A DNA stretch of 42,490 nucleotides from a virus (taxonomy: Duplodnaviria; Caudoviricetes), in the IMG/VR virus record IMGVR_UViG_3300046788_000036, positions 1-42,490 of that record; one strand, written 5' to 3'. The first letter of the stretch is position 1, and every line of letters begins with the position of its first letter. Below, piece by piece: positions 1 through 8,872 of the stretch. Below the pieces are notes generated by a model, which did no database searches, was not told the origin of the DNA, and worked only from the letters and a program-made list of their open reading frames with translations. The position numbers were made by a program, and so were the translations under genes.

Positions 1-92
1 ATGTAGGGGCCGAAGTGAAAGAGTGCGGTCAGACCCACCGCGCCAGCCCGATCACAAGGATGATCCCCATCGTCGCCAGGACGAGGAAGAAG
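1..92. repeat. Terminal direct repeat, left copy (circular assembly overlap)
   Basis: 1-92 matches 42399-42490 with 2 mismatches (positions 24 and 27). The lysis cassette reads continuously across the junction. Confidence 0.95.
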
Positions 93-142
93 ATGAAGTT
101 CTGGTTGACCCATTGCTGGGCCTTGGAGATCCAATCCATCAT
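29..142 (-). CDS. Small single-TM membrane peptide in lysis cassette (MMDWISKAQQWVNQNFIFFLVLATMGIILVIGLARWV)
   Basis: Translated by hand, below the ORF-track cutoff. ATGA overlap with the upstream peptide. Its stop overlaps the 5' end of the i-spanin gene (GTG at 38 = 42436). Confidence 0.6.
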   Translation of the reverse strand: MMDWISKAQQWVNQNFIFFLVLATMGIILVIGLARWV

Positions 143-225
143 AGCAATGGCACCAAATGCGATCCGAGCCACAGACCGGCAACCGCCGTCAGCAGAGCAG
201 CAAGGTCAGTCAATCCTAGCGACAT
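139..225 (-). CDS. Small hydrophobic peptide, 28 aa (MSLGLTDLAALLTAVAGLWLGSHLVPLL)
   Basis: C-terminal part of track ORF 139..405. Fills the gap after the endolysin, is coupled to the next peptide, and has one TM-like segment. Confidence 0.5.
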   Translation of the reverse strand: MSLGLTDLAALLTAVAGLWLGSHLVPLL

Positions 226-646
226 ATGCCGTCCCCATGAACTGGGCCTTTTCGCCGTTCCTGCGCGAGGTGATCTCCGGGGGCTTGTGCCAGCTGTCGA
301 AATCCGCCGCAGCCGCATCGAGATTGCCCTCGTTGATGTGCCTGATGAGCGTGGCCGAGCGCGCCCATCCAGTCCCCACATTATAGAGCCAACTGACCAG
401 CGCATCGAACTGGTTCTGCCCTATCGTACCGGTGATGTTCTCGTTCAACGCCTCCTCGAACCGCTCAAGGTCCTTGGCGAAGGCTTCCTCGATCTTCACG
501 TCCGTCCAGATTTCTCCCATCACGACATCCGGGCCGGTGTGGCCATAGCCGACCGTGGGAACGCCTTGGCTGTCCAGATAGACCTCGTGGCGCTTGCCCT
601 CGCGCTGCATCAGCAGTTCAAGACCTTGGGGAGAAATATTCATCAT
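206..646 (-). CDS. Endolysin, GH24 (T4/P21-like) lysozyme
   Basis: Catalytic E-x8-D-x5-T in REGKRHEVYLDSQGVPTVGYGHT, plus QNQFDALVSWLYNVG and a C-terminal RRNGE. Confidence 0.93.
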   Translation of the reverse strand: MMNISPQGLELLMQREGKRHEVYLDSQGVPTVGYGHTGPDVVMGEIWTDVKIEEAFAKDLERFEEALNENITGTIGQNQFDALVSWLYNVGTGWARSATLIRHINEGNLDAAAADFDSWHKPPEITSRRNGEKAQFMGTAYVARID

Positions 647-990
647 TGGATCATCTTGGAGAGGACACGCTGCACCCCGTACTGAGGGTTCGGACTAGCC
701 TGCCGCCTCTCCCTGCGACATGCAAGCCAGAGTTGGATGTATAAAACGTTGTTCGCCACCAGCATCAGGGGAAGGGCAATGCAGCCCATGGCGTTGAACT
801 GCAGCGAGAACAGCATCGGGATATGCGCCATCCACGCAAACACCCGCGCGGTCCTCCCCAGCCCCGTCACGGGAGCGTTGAGGCCCGACAGGATCACCAT
901 GTTCTTGACGGCGATAACCACGCACGGTCCCCACCACCACCAGCCTGCAGTATTCACGATGTCCCACAGCCAGGTATTGAAATTGTTCAT
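643..990 (-). CDS. Multi-TM membrane protein, holin/antiholin candidate
   Basis: About 3 hydrophobic segments and a basic C-terminus; lies immediately upstream of the endolysin. Confidence 0.55.
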   Translation of the reverse strand: MNNFNTWLWDIVNTAGWWWWGPCVVIAVKNMVILSGLNAPVTGLGRTARVFAWMAHIPMLFSLQFNAMGCIALPLMLVANNVLYIQLWLACRRERRQASPNPQYGVQRVLSKMIQ

Positions 991-1337
991 GGCTTGTCCT
1001 TTCCGGGGACTAGCGAGAGGCCCTTGTTGATCAGTGAGTCTGCAATCTCAGTATCCCGCTTGCCCAGCCGATCGGCAAACGACATGGCAATCTTGAACAG
1101 AGCCACCGCGCACAACCCCGACACCACGCCGAGGCCGGGCACCACCCGCTTCCAGTCAAACCCCAAATCAGAAATCCATGGGTACGCTATCAACACAAGC
1201 GTTGCAGACGACGAACACGAAACGAACACAGCCGCCCCCGTTGACCTTCGTATGAACCCCACCAATGCGGCGACGATCACCGCCACGAACATCGTGGCCA
1301 TGAAGTCGTCCAGGTGCAGTTGCAACCAGTCGCGCAT
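987..1337 (-). CDS. Holin candidate (3 TM segments, charged C-terminal tail)
   Basis: Three hydrophobic stretches and a KRDTE...KDKP tail; first gene of the lysis cassette. Confidence 0.65.
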   Translation of the reverse strand: MRDWLQLHLDDFMATMFVAVIVAALVGFIRRSTGAAVFVSCSSSATLVLIAYPWISDLGFDWKRVVPGLGVVSGLCAVALFKIAMSFADRLGKRDTEIADSLINKGLSLVPGKDKP

Positions 1338-3220
1338 CAGGTCGAAATAATCAGTTTAACAACCGCGCCGCCAATCTCGGCATAAACCGAGCGGGTTGTA
1401 TCAACCACAACTGCACCGGAAACGATACTGCCAATCTTGAACGTAGCCTGCGACGAGCCAGCGGGAGCCGCTGTCAGGAGATTATCCATGATATGCTGGG
1501 TGTAGGCGCTATTGTCCGCCAAGACGGAGGCCAAGGCTGATCCGACGGGAGCAATAGCCGGAAAACTTGATGTCGTGCCGCCAAGCTGCAATCGTCCGAA
1601 TGCGGTTCCGGCATTGTTCAGCATAGTGAAAATGCCATCAGCCGATGCTAGAAAACTGCCCAACGCTGTCTCGAAATAAATACGGCCGCCCTCAACGATA
1701 AAGTTTAATGCTCGCATCGAAGTATAGCCGCTATTGTCGGCCAGGACCGCCGCCACATCCGCGCTGACGCGCGCCACCGCTGAAGCCGCCGAAGTCGCTC
1801 CTCCCAGTTGCAGCATGGCCGCTCCGGCATTGTTGCCGAACCGTAGAACCGGCGTATACATGGTCATCAGGCCACTGACCGGATCATGCACATCCGATAC
1901 CGTGGTCGATGCTCCGATTACTGTGTAGCCCTTCATGTTGCCGCCAACCAAAACATTGAGATCCGACGTGCCGTTCTCTAACCAACCAACACCGGGAGTC
2001 ATCGACAATGAACTGGGCGTGGCGATCACATTGACAAAGATGTTATTGGTCGAGTTGGCTAGAACAACCGAAGGAGCACCGGAATTGCCCGCATCATAGT
2101 TACCACACGCCAAGCCCGTAACCGCGATGCCGCTGCAGGTATCCAGAACCATGCTCCATTGCGAATTTTCAGCTGTAGTCGATGTGAATGTGACGTTACG
2201 CGCCGCCAAATCCTGCAGATAGATGTTCGCTGTTCCAGCCAACCCTGCCCATTGGCCGACGAACTGGATGTCACTAACGCTAGTGGCGCCGCCCTTCTTG
2301 ATAAAGATGCCATAACTAGAAGTCGAATCAGTCTGACATCCATTGAAGAACATAAACTGTAGAGTACCGGCCGAAGTGGGATCACCAATGTAGATCCCAT
2401 GTACGCCGCCGAGATACTGGCAATTTGTGAACTGTGAACCCTGTCCGTTCTCTATACGCAAGCCATAGAGCGATACGCTCATGGCATTACAGTTAAAGAA
2501 AAAATGCGTATTGTTGTAATCGGCATCTAGGCCGCCACTCAGCAGCCAATAACCTATTGCACTTTGATCCGCCCCAGTACCGTCAACCCAGCAGTCACGT
2601 GCATAGAACTCGAAAGCGTCGATCCCCTTGTAGGCCGCGTAATGGCCGAGAAACCGGACATTTATCAAGCCACAGCGATTAGTGGCGTTGGTCGAAACTC
2701 CGACAGCAGAAGTGTTGCCGAGCCCGTTTCCGCGAATAACACAGTTGGCAATGAATGCATTTAAACGTGGCGCCACCAGCGTTCCCGTCATCTCGAAGAG
2801 TGTGATGTTCGTGGTTGCGAAAAACTCGGTGCCGAGCTGTCCCATGCCCATCAAAGTGACATGGCTTGGAATGGCAACCGTTGAAGTGATCTTGTAATCG
2901 CCAATAGGCGCCAGAACGATTCCACCAGTGCCTGCGGCGGCCAACGCTGCCATGATGGCTGCCGTATCGTCCGTTGAACCATCGCCAGTTGCACCGAACC
3001 AACGCACGTCAAGGGGGCCGTTATAGACTCTGATGTAACGGCCCACCGGTCCGCTGGTGCATTGAACAACAGTTCCATCATCGGCCGTCGTCGCATCGGC
3101 GGCATACCAATTGAAGATGCCCGCTGCTATTCCGGTTAATTCCACTACGGCCGGCCGCGTCGTCAGCGCCTTGAGTTCGGCGATGGTCGGTACGGTGTAG
3201 AAGGTGGTGGTCTTGGACAT
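1337..3220 (-). CDS. Tailspike / polysaccharide depolymerase with parallel beta-helix (Pectate_lyase_3-like)
   Basis: LDVRWFGATGDGSTDDTAAIMAAL motif followed by N/G/C-rich beta-helix repeats; short N-terminal virion-binding domain. Confidence 0.85.
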   Translation of the reverse strand: MSKTTTFYTVPTIAELKALTTRPAVVELTGIAAGIFNWYAADATTADDGTVVQCTSGPVGRYIRVYNGPLDVRWFGATGDGSTDDTAAIMAALAAAGTGGIVLAPIGDYKITSTVAIPSHVTLMGMGQLGTEFFATTNITLFEMTGTLVAPRLNAFIANCVIRGNGLGNTSAVGVSTNATNRCGLINVRFLGHYAAYKGIDAFEFYARDCWVDGTGADQSAIGYWLLSGGLDADYNNTHFFFNCNAMSVSLYGLRIENGQGSQFTNCQYLGGVHGIYIGDPTSAGTLQFMFFNGCQTDSTSSYGIFIKKGGATSVSDIQFVGQWAGLAGTANIYLQDLAARNVTFTSTTAENSQWSMVLDTCSGIAVTGLACGNYDAGNSGAPSVVLANSTNNIFVNVIATPSSLSMTPGVGWLENGTSDLNVLVGGNMKGYTVIGASTTVSDVHDPVSGLMTMYTPVLRFGNNAGAAMLQLGGATSAASAVARVSADVAAVLADNSGYTSMRALNFIVEGGRIYFETALGSFLASADGIFTMLNNAGTAFGRLQLGGTTSSFPAIAPVGSALASVLADNSAYTQHIMDNLLTAAPAGSSQATFKIGSIVSGAVVVDTTRSVYAEIGGAVVKLIIST

Positions 3221-3226
3221 GGTGAC

Positions 3227-4828
3227 TCAGGGATTGAGGAGGCCGCGAGGCTTGTTTCGATCTTCGTCGGACAGCAGGCCGGCAATGCGGGCCGCTTCTG
3301 TTGCTCTGCCGATGTTCTGCTGGGTCACTCCGATGTTGCGTGCGCCCCGATTCAGTACACCAAGACCATATCTTGCTTCACCCATCAGCCGAGGACTTGC
3401 CATAGCGGCAAGAGGAATGCCCGTGGCAAGAATCCCTGGAAGTGCGGCCAATCCACCGTGAGCGACCGCCAGACCGGCGGCCCCGGTTTCAAGACCCGGA
3501 AATATCCGTGACAGACCGCGCGGCATGGCGGCTGACAGATCCTGCCCTGCCAACGCATAGCGTAGCGTCGGATCTTTGGTTGCCAGTTCATCGACCATCT
3601 TTGAGCGTGCCATAAAGCCGCTGGAAACCTGATTGCGCTGCGCACTCTGCAACTTGCGCAGAATCGTGCCTTTGCTGGCCTTTGGATTGAGCGACAGTTC
3701 GTTGCGAATGTCGTTTAATTTCTGAATGTTCGCTTGGCTACGCTCCATGGCGGCGGAGTATTCTGGAGCCACATCTGCCACGCCCTGCCTAGCCGCATCG
3801 TAGAGATTGGTAGCGTGTTCCCTTGCGGCACCCGTCTTAGCTATTGCATTGTCGCCGTACCTAAGGGCTCCGATGTTCTTCTTGATAGTGTCCATCTCAT
3901 CGGTGGTCAGCCTATTCAGGCGTACAGCACCGATACCTTCTGGCGTCAGATGTTCAGGAACGATCGAATGCGTATCGATGATTTTCTTGATCTCATTCAG
4001 CGCAAGGGCAGCTTGCGGATCGCGTGGAGCGCCCGTTGTCGGCATAGTGTTCGCAGCAACCGCATCTGCGTGCGCTTGTCTTAGGGGATTTACGTCAACC
4101 GTTCGACCCGGCACGTTCCATTTGGTTGCATCGGCAAGATAGGCGGCATTCTTGTCGGCACCCAGTTGACCGAACGCATCCAATGCCTGATAGGCCACCG
4201 GCATAGGATCTCCACCACGCATCTGCGCTAGAGCAACCGCTCCTTCTGGTCCACCAAGTTTTCCTGCCGCCAAAGCATCATTCAGGGTTTGTCGCCCAAC
4301 ACCTGCCAATGCCATTGTAGGCAGGTTGGCGACTTCGCGTGTTGCCGCTGTCACGCCCTTGAGTCCATACTGGGTGAGATTCTGTAAGGGCGCCAACTTG
4401 CCAGATGGCATGCCTGACAGAGCGACGTTCGCTAACGTCGTTGCTGGACGTTCGATAATGGCATTACGCCTTGCCTCAAGACGTGCAATAGCTTCGTCCT
4501 GTGTCTCGCCAAGATGGCCACCCGTGAGCGCGCCGACGATCTGACTGCCCTGGTTCAACAGTTCCCGACCACCCGCCTTGGCGAGATTGACAGGAGCCAT
4601 AGCAACATCCTTGGCAAACCCCACGGGATCATGGGCTGCATTGTAGGCGGCAAGCGCGCTGGCCTGACCGACCTTGCCGGGCAGGGAGGTGATCTCATCC
4701 ACCGTCTTGCCAATGTCGGACGGAATGTTGCCGATCGCCTGACTCCATGACGGGCGCGCCATAGGCTCAATCCGCGCCCCGCTCCATTCGTCAAGCGGCT
4801 CCGTTATAGCGCCGTCCCATTCGCTCAT
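3227..4828 (-). CDS. Putative internal virion / DNA ejection protein
   Basis: Ala/Gly-rich helical protein with a hydrophobic C-terminal segment (LAALPGILATGIPLAAMASPRLMGEA); position in the ejection block. Confidence 0.6.
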   Translation of the reverse strand: MSEWDGAITEPLDEWSGARIEPMARPSWSQAIGNIPSDIGKTVDEITSLPGKVGQASALAAYNAAHDPVGFAKDVAMAPVNLAKAGGRELLNQGSQIVGALTGGHLGETQDEAIARLEARRNAIIERPATTLANVALSGMPSGKLAPLQNLTQYGLKGVTAATREVANLPTMALAGVGRQTLNDALAAGKLGGPEGAVALAQMRGGDPMPVAYQALDAFGQLGADKNAAYLADATKWNVPGRTVDVNPLRQAHADAVAANTMPTTGAPRDPQAALALNEIKKIIDTHSIVPEHLTPEGIGAVRLNRLTTDEMDTIKKNIGALRYGDNAIAKTGAAREHATNLYDAARQGVADVAPEYSAAMERSQANIQKLNDIRNELSLNPKASKGTILRKLQSAQRNQVSSGFMARSKMVDELATKDPTLRYALAGQDLSAAMPRGLSRIFPGLETGAAGLAVAHGGLAALPGILATGIPLAAMASPRLMGEARYGLGVLNRGARNIGVTQQNIGRATEAARIAGLLSDEDRNKPRGLLNP

Positions 4829-6348
4829 TGGAGTCTCACGGGCTGACCATTCCTAAGCGTCCACACTTGGCCGTTCCTTGGGAACGTCGTCTTGTGTCCT
4901 TCATGAAGCATGGAAATTGGAGGCGTTGCACCCTGCGCTTGCGGTTGTCCTTGTGATGTTGACGCGCTCTGTGGGGCGCCGCCTTGGGGCGCTGCTGCGG
5001 GCATGGTTCCCGCATCTTGGGCTGCCTTGGCTGCCTGCAATGCTTTCCATCGGTCAGAATTTTTGATGGGGTTCTGCTGAATATTTGTGAATGCGTGCAT
5101 AGCCTGGGGATTATGAAGTTGCTCGGAAAGATCCTGCATTCCCTTCTTGCCGAGCGCGACTTGCCCTTGCTGCGTCAATGACTGCAGACGTGCTTCCGCC
5201 AGCCGCGCTATTCCATCGATTGCTGATTGAAGCTGCTGTGGGCTGTTGGCGTGACTGATATTTTCCCTGATTTGAGCCGTCTCACCCATCGTCGCGTGTC
5301 CGCCGGAAACAAGCGTGTCTAGTTCCTTAGTGATGAGATCGCGTGTCCGGTTGAAGTCCGTTCGCTTTGAGCCGCCCCGCTGATAGTCTATTTCATTTTT
5401 GATGGTGTTAGCGGCCGGATAATCTGTGTTGTCCAATGCCTCGACGTTACTGCGCAATTCATCGCCATGCTGAAGAAGCGTGGCAAGCGATATGATACCC
5501 TTGCCCGTGACACCACTTGGCGCATAGTCCGTGGCTGCCTTCTTGCGTTCTGGAAAAGTCGCGGCGCTAAGATTGGGATTGTAGACATTCGCCCATGCAG
5601 CGAGTTGGGCAGGCAGTCCTCCACGTCCTTGCGGCGGCAAGGGCTGGTCCCCTCGACCGATCGCGCGCACTTGATTCTGATACTGTGGAGGGACCGCTGC
5701 TTTTAGCCAAGTCTCTTGATGGCCATCTTCATCTGGTATTGCGTCCTCCGGGCGCACCGCAGCGCCGGACGCATAAGTGCCGCCGTTGACCGGCTTCATG
5801 TCCGCGCCATATTCCATGGTAATGCCAGTCATCGGATTCATGATTCTCCAGCCGCCGTTTGGCAGCTTCATGCCGACGTTGCCACCACCGAGAGGTATAG
5901 GCTGAGTTTCAGCGCGGGCTTCATGAACTGTCTTTAATGCCCCCGCCATATCATTATTCAGCATCTGGCCCTTGACGATAGCCTTGGTCGCAGGCGGAAG
6001 TGCCTCGAATGCTTGCTGAAACTCGGGCGTCTTCACATAGGTTTGAAGTTCTTTCTGTTGTTGATTCTGGCGCTCCAGTGCCTGCGTCCGCTGCGCCATG
6101 GCGTTCTGGTTGACCATCGCCGACTGCTGCTGCGCCACGTTGCCGGGGATCTGCCCGAGCGAGGCCAGCGCCCGTCCCTGCTCGCCTGAGCCCGGCATCT
6201 GTGGCGCACCGGCTGCCAGCAGAGCCGCCCCGGTCTGACCAAGGATGCCGTAGGCCAACTGGCGACGTTGGGCTTCCACCAGTCCGGTCGTGGGATCGGC
6301 GGTGCTGGGATCGCTTGATCCGGCGAGGAAGTCGAGGAGGCCTGCCAT
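4825..6348 (-). CDS. Putative internal virion / DNA ejection protein
   Basis: MAGLL start, Gln-rich coiled coil, and position between the PG hydrolase and the next ejection gene. Confidence 0.6.
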   Translation of the reverse strand: MAGLLDFLAGSSDPSTADPTTGLVEAQRRQLAYGILGQTGAALLAAGAPQMPGSGEQGRALASLGQIPGNVAQQQSAMVNQNAMAQRTQALERQNQQQKELQTYVKTPEFQQAFEALPPATKAIVKGQMLNNDMAGALKTVHEARAETQPIPLGGGNVGMKLPNGGWRIMNPMTGITMEYGADMKPVNGGTYASGAAVRPEDAIPDEDGHQETWLKAAVPPQYQNQVRAIGRGDQPLPPQGRGGLPAQLAAWANVYNPNLSAATFPERKKAATDYAPSGVTGKGIISLATLLQHGDELRSNVEALDNTDYPAANTIKNEIDYQRGGSKRTDFNRTRDLITKELDTLVSGGHATMGETAQIRENISHANSPQQLQSAIDGIARLAEARLQSLTQQGQVALGKKGMQDLSEQLHNPQAMHAFTNIQQNPIKNSDRWKALQAAKAAQDAGTMPAAAPQGGAPQSASTSQGQPQAQGATPPISMLHEGHKTTFPRNGQVWTLRNGQPVRLQ

Positions 6349-6352
6349 GTGA

Positions 6353-7159
6353 CTATCCTAGTAGCCCGCGTAAGCCGGGGAGGACGGGAGTGAAGTTCTG
6401 GGCAATCCGGGGACGGCCTGCCTGCAAGAGCGGAATCTGCTGCTGAGGTGCCATCTGTGTCGGCGCGCCCTGGGCAAGCAATCCCTGCGATGCTGTCTGG
6501 GCTTGGGCAGTGGCAGATCGTAACGCTGCGGCACGCTGGGCAGCAAGTAAGCCCTCGATGCGGCTGTCTGTGCTTCCCGGCTGCTTGGCATTGGGGTCGC
6601 CATAGCCGCCGAGGTCGGCATCGTTAGCCGTGCGAGGGTCTACCAGAGGCGGCATCTGTGCTGGAACACCCTGACCACCAGCGCCGGCTCCGTCCACATT
6701 CGTTGTCTGCACGATCGGCAGCACGGACGGCGTGACGCCTTCGGGAACCTTCAGTGTCTGGGCAGTCTGGTCTACCGTCTTGCTATAGTTGGGATCGCTG
6801 GCATAACCGCTCTTCTTGAGTGCCGCGATCTGTGCATCGTAGTCTCCCGCCGCCCCGACCCTCTGGACGACCGGAAGAGCAGCATAATGGGCAAAACTGT
6901 GGTCGGTCGATGGATAGGCGGCGAACCCGGCACTGGTCATGTACGACCTGCCATCAGGTCCGACTTCGCGCGTCTGGAGAGTTTGACCAGTTCCCTTCAC
7001 ACCAAAGAGATTGTTTCCGGGAGCCGCCGTACCCCAGCCGCTCTCGATGCCTGCCTGTGCCATGACGATGCGCGGATCAACACCGGTCTGCTTCGACACG
7101 GCGAGCGCGTGCTGCCAATTGTCGAGCTTGAACTGGGCGATCTGGTCAGGTGTTGCCAT
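6353..7159 (-). CDS. Virion-associated peptidoglycan hydrolase, GH73 glucosaminidase (FlgJ-like)
   Basis: AQAGIESGWG, NNLFGVKG and GYASDPNYS motifs of the GH73 family; low-complexity C-terminal tail. Confidence 0.88.
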   Translation of the reverse strand: MATPDQIAQFKLDNWQHALAVSKQTGVDPRIVMAQAGIESGWGTAAPGNNLFGVKGTGQTLQTREVGPDGRSYMTSAGFAAYPSTDHSFAHYAALPVVQRVGAAGDYDAQIAALKKSGYASDPNYSKTVDQTAQTLKVPEGVTPSVLPIVQTTNVDGAGAGGQGVPAQMPPLVDPRTANDADLGGYGDPNAKQPGSTDSRIEGLLAAQRAAALRSATAQAQTASQGLLAQGAPTQMAPQQQIPLLQAGRPRIAQNFTPVLPGLRGLLG

Positions 7160-8303
7160 CGGCTGCCCTTTCCATGATGCCGCTCAGGAAGTTGCTTCTC
7201 ACGGCAAGCTTTCCTCCGACCTCGACGACCTGTTCTGGATATTTCTTGCGGGCGTCCTGCGCCATGATGCCGACGACCTTGGGATAGGTCTTGGGATCTC
7301 CCTTGTAGCGGTAGGCGTAGAGTGGGAGGTCCGTTTCCTCATCCTTGCCAATCTTCTTGATGTCCGTCTTCTCGGTGCGATCAGACAGAGGTGCGAGACT
7401 TCCTGCGATGCTTGCAATAGAGGCCAAGCCACCGAGACCCGTCAGCCATGGATTGCTGGTTGGACCCTGCCCCGTGCCGGTCGTGGTCTGCGTCTGGCCA
7501 TAGGGCACCGAACCGACAGCCTGTTCCTGCATCTGCAAACGCTGCAAGGCATCCTGCCATGGCGCGTTGGATACCGCTTGCTGCTGCTGCTGCAACTGCG
7601 TCTGCCCACCAAGAGCTGCCATGAGGCCCTGCAGGTTCGCCGTCTGCCCCTGTCCGGCGAGGTTGCCCAACTGCTGATTGGCTCCAAGCTGCAAGCCCGC
7701 TCCCGCCAAACCCGCCTGCTGGTTCAATCCCTGTGCCTGCAGGCTTCTGGCAAGGTCCGCCTGTGCCGCCGCCTGCGCCTGCGAGAAGTTCGCCTGATTG
7801 AGTTGCGCGCCCAGTTGTCCAGCATATAAACCTGACTGCGCATTGTTCACGCCCTCGGACACGCCCTGTCGGCTTCCCCCGAATGCTCCCGTCTTCGCAG
7901 CGAGATCGGCCGTTTGATTGTTGGCCATCTGCCGCTGCTGATCGATCAGCGGCATCGTCTTGTCGATGACTTGTTGCGTGTAGGGATTCATATAGGGCGA
8001 CAGGTCAGTGCCCGACAGCCAGCCCGGAGTAACTTGCTGCGGTTGATAACCTGCAAGAGCCTGCGTCCCCGCCTGCGCTGAGGCATAGGCCGGATTGGTG
8101 CCTCCTACGGCATTCTGCAGGCCCTGAATGTCCTGCTGGCCAGGTTGCGTAATCGGCGCAACCTGATACTGCGGCAGTGTTGATGCGTAATAATGTGCCG
8201 CCCCGACGATGTTCTGCGAGGCATTGTTCAGCCAGTCGGGAAGCTGGACCTGGCTAGTCTGCGTCGTTTGCTGGTTGCTGTTTCCTGCGGGCTTGCTAGG
8301 CAT
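7146..8303 (-). CDS. Gln-rich ejection/pilot-like protein with C-terminal Peptidase S74-like chaperone domain
   Basis: YMNPYTQQVI and GAFGGSRQGV motifs; C-terminal SDRTEKTDI...YAYRYKGD...GIMAQD. Confidence 0.7.
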   Translation of the reverse strand: MPSKPAGNSNQQTTQTSQVQLPDWLNNASQNIVGAAHYYASTLPQYQVAPITQPGQQDIQGLQNAVGGTNPAYASAQAGTQALAGYQPQQVTPGWLSGTDLSPYMNPYTQQVIDKTMPLIDQQRQMANNQTADLAAKTGAFGGSRQGVSEGVNNAQSGLYAGQLGAQLNQANFSQAQAAAQADLARSLQAQGLNQQAGLAGAGLQLGANQQLGNLAGQGQTANLQGLMAALGGQTQLQQQQQAVSNAPWQDALQRLQMQEQAVGSVPYGQTQTTTGTGQGPTSNPWLTGLGGLASIASIAGSLAPLSDRTEKTDIKKIGKDEETDLPLYAYRYKGDPKTYPKVVGIMAQDARKKYPEQVVEVGGKLAVRSNFLSGIMERAADGNT

Positions 8304-8673
8304 TGCTCACATCCTTGGAGTAGACTACTCCGATTTTCGTCCAGCCATATTTGGGCAGCACCCTGTCCCAACCCATTCGGCCGGTCATGATCATCTGCTT
8401 GCAGCCTTCTTTGCGGGCCAGCTTCTCCATCGCCGGGACGTTCTTCATAACTCCCGGCAGACGACCACCGGCCAGCCATGCACTGTAGTACCTCCCCTTT
8501 GGAAGCTGCATGATCTCGCCGATCAGAGCGCCATCGGCATTGTCGAAGATCTGGTAACGCCCGCTTTCCAGGCCATCGACCACGTCATCCCACGTATGAT
8601 AGTCGCCGGCATAGTGCAGCGCCTTCTTGATGCGCTCTATCTTCTGGTCGGGGGTGAGGGGTTCAGATTTCAC
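8296..8673 (-). CDS. GNAT-fold-like virion assembly protein
   Basis: WLAGG...ARKEGCKQMIMTGRMGW pattern typical of the podovirus gene preceding ejection proteins. GTG start chosen at 8673. Confidence 0.6.
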   Translation of the reverse strand: MKSEPLTPDQKIERIKKALHYAGDYHTWDDVVDGLESGRYQIFDNADGALIGEIMQLPKGRYYSAWLAGGRLPGVMKNVPAMEKLARKEGCKQMIMTGRMGWDRVLPKYGWTKIGVVYSKDVSNA

Positions 8674-8872
8674 GGTCTTTACCCGATATGGCAGTCGTCG
8701 TGATAACGCCCGCATCGTCCGTCGTGATGGCATAGATCGTCCCGTTGGGAGAGCGCAGCATGACCCGCTCGCTGCCCTCGTTCTTCGACACCACGTTGCC
8801 AAACGCCTGCGAGATGGTCTGGAAGGCAATCTGCAGTTGCTGGTTGGTGAAAAAGGGCAGGTGGATGTTCAT
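8663..8872 (-). CDS. Small tail-associated protein (69 aa)
   Basis: LRSPNGTIYAITTDDAG motif; ATGA overlap with the nozzle stop. Confidence 0.65.
   Translation of the reverse strand: MNIHLPFFTNQQLQIAFQTISQAFGNVVSKNEGSERVMLRSPNGTIYAITTDDAGVITTTAISGKDREI

Noticed and set aside
1-92. Biological terminal repeat of the packaged genome
   Set aside because: It falls inside lysis genes, far from terS, and its length fits an assembly overlap; physical ends cannot be inferred.
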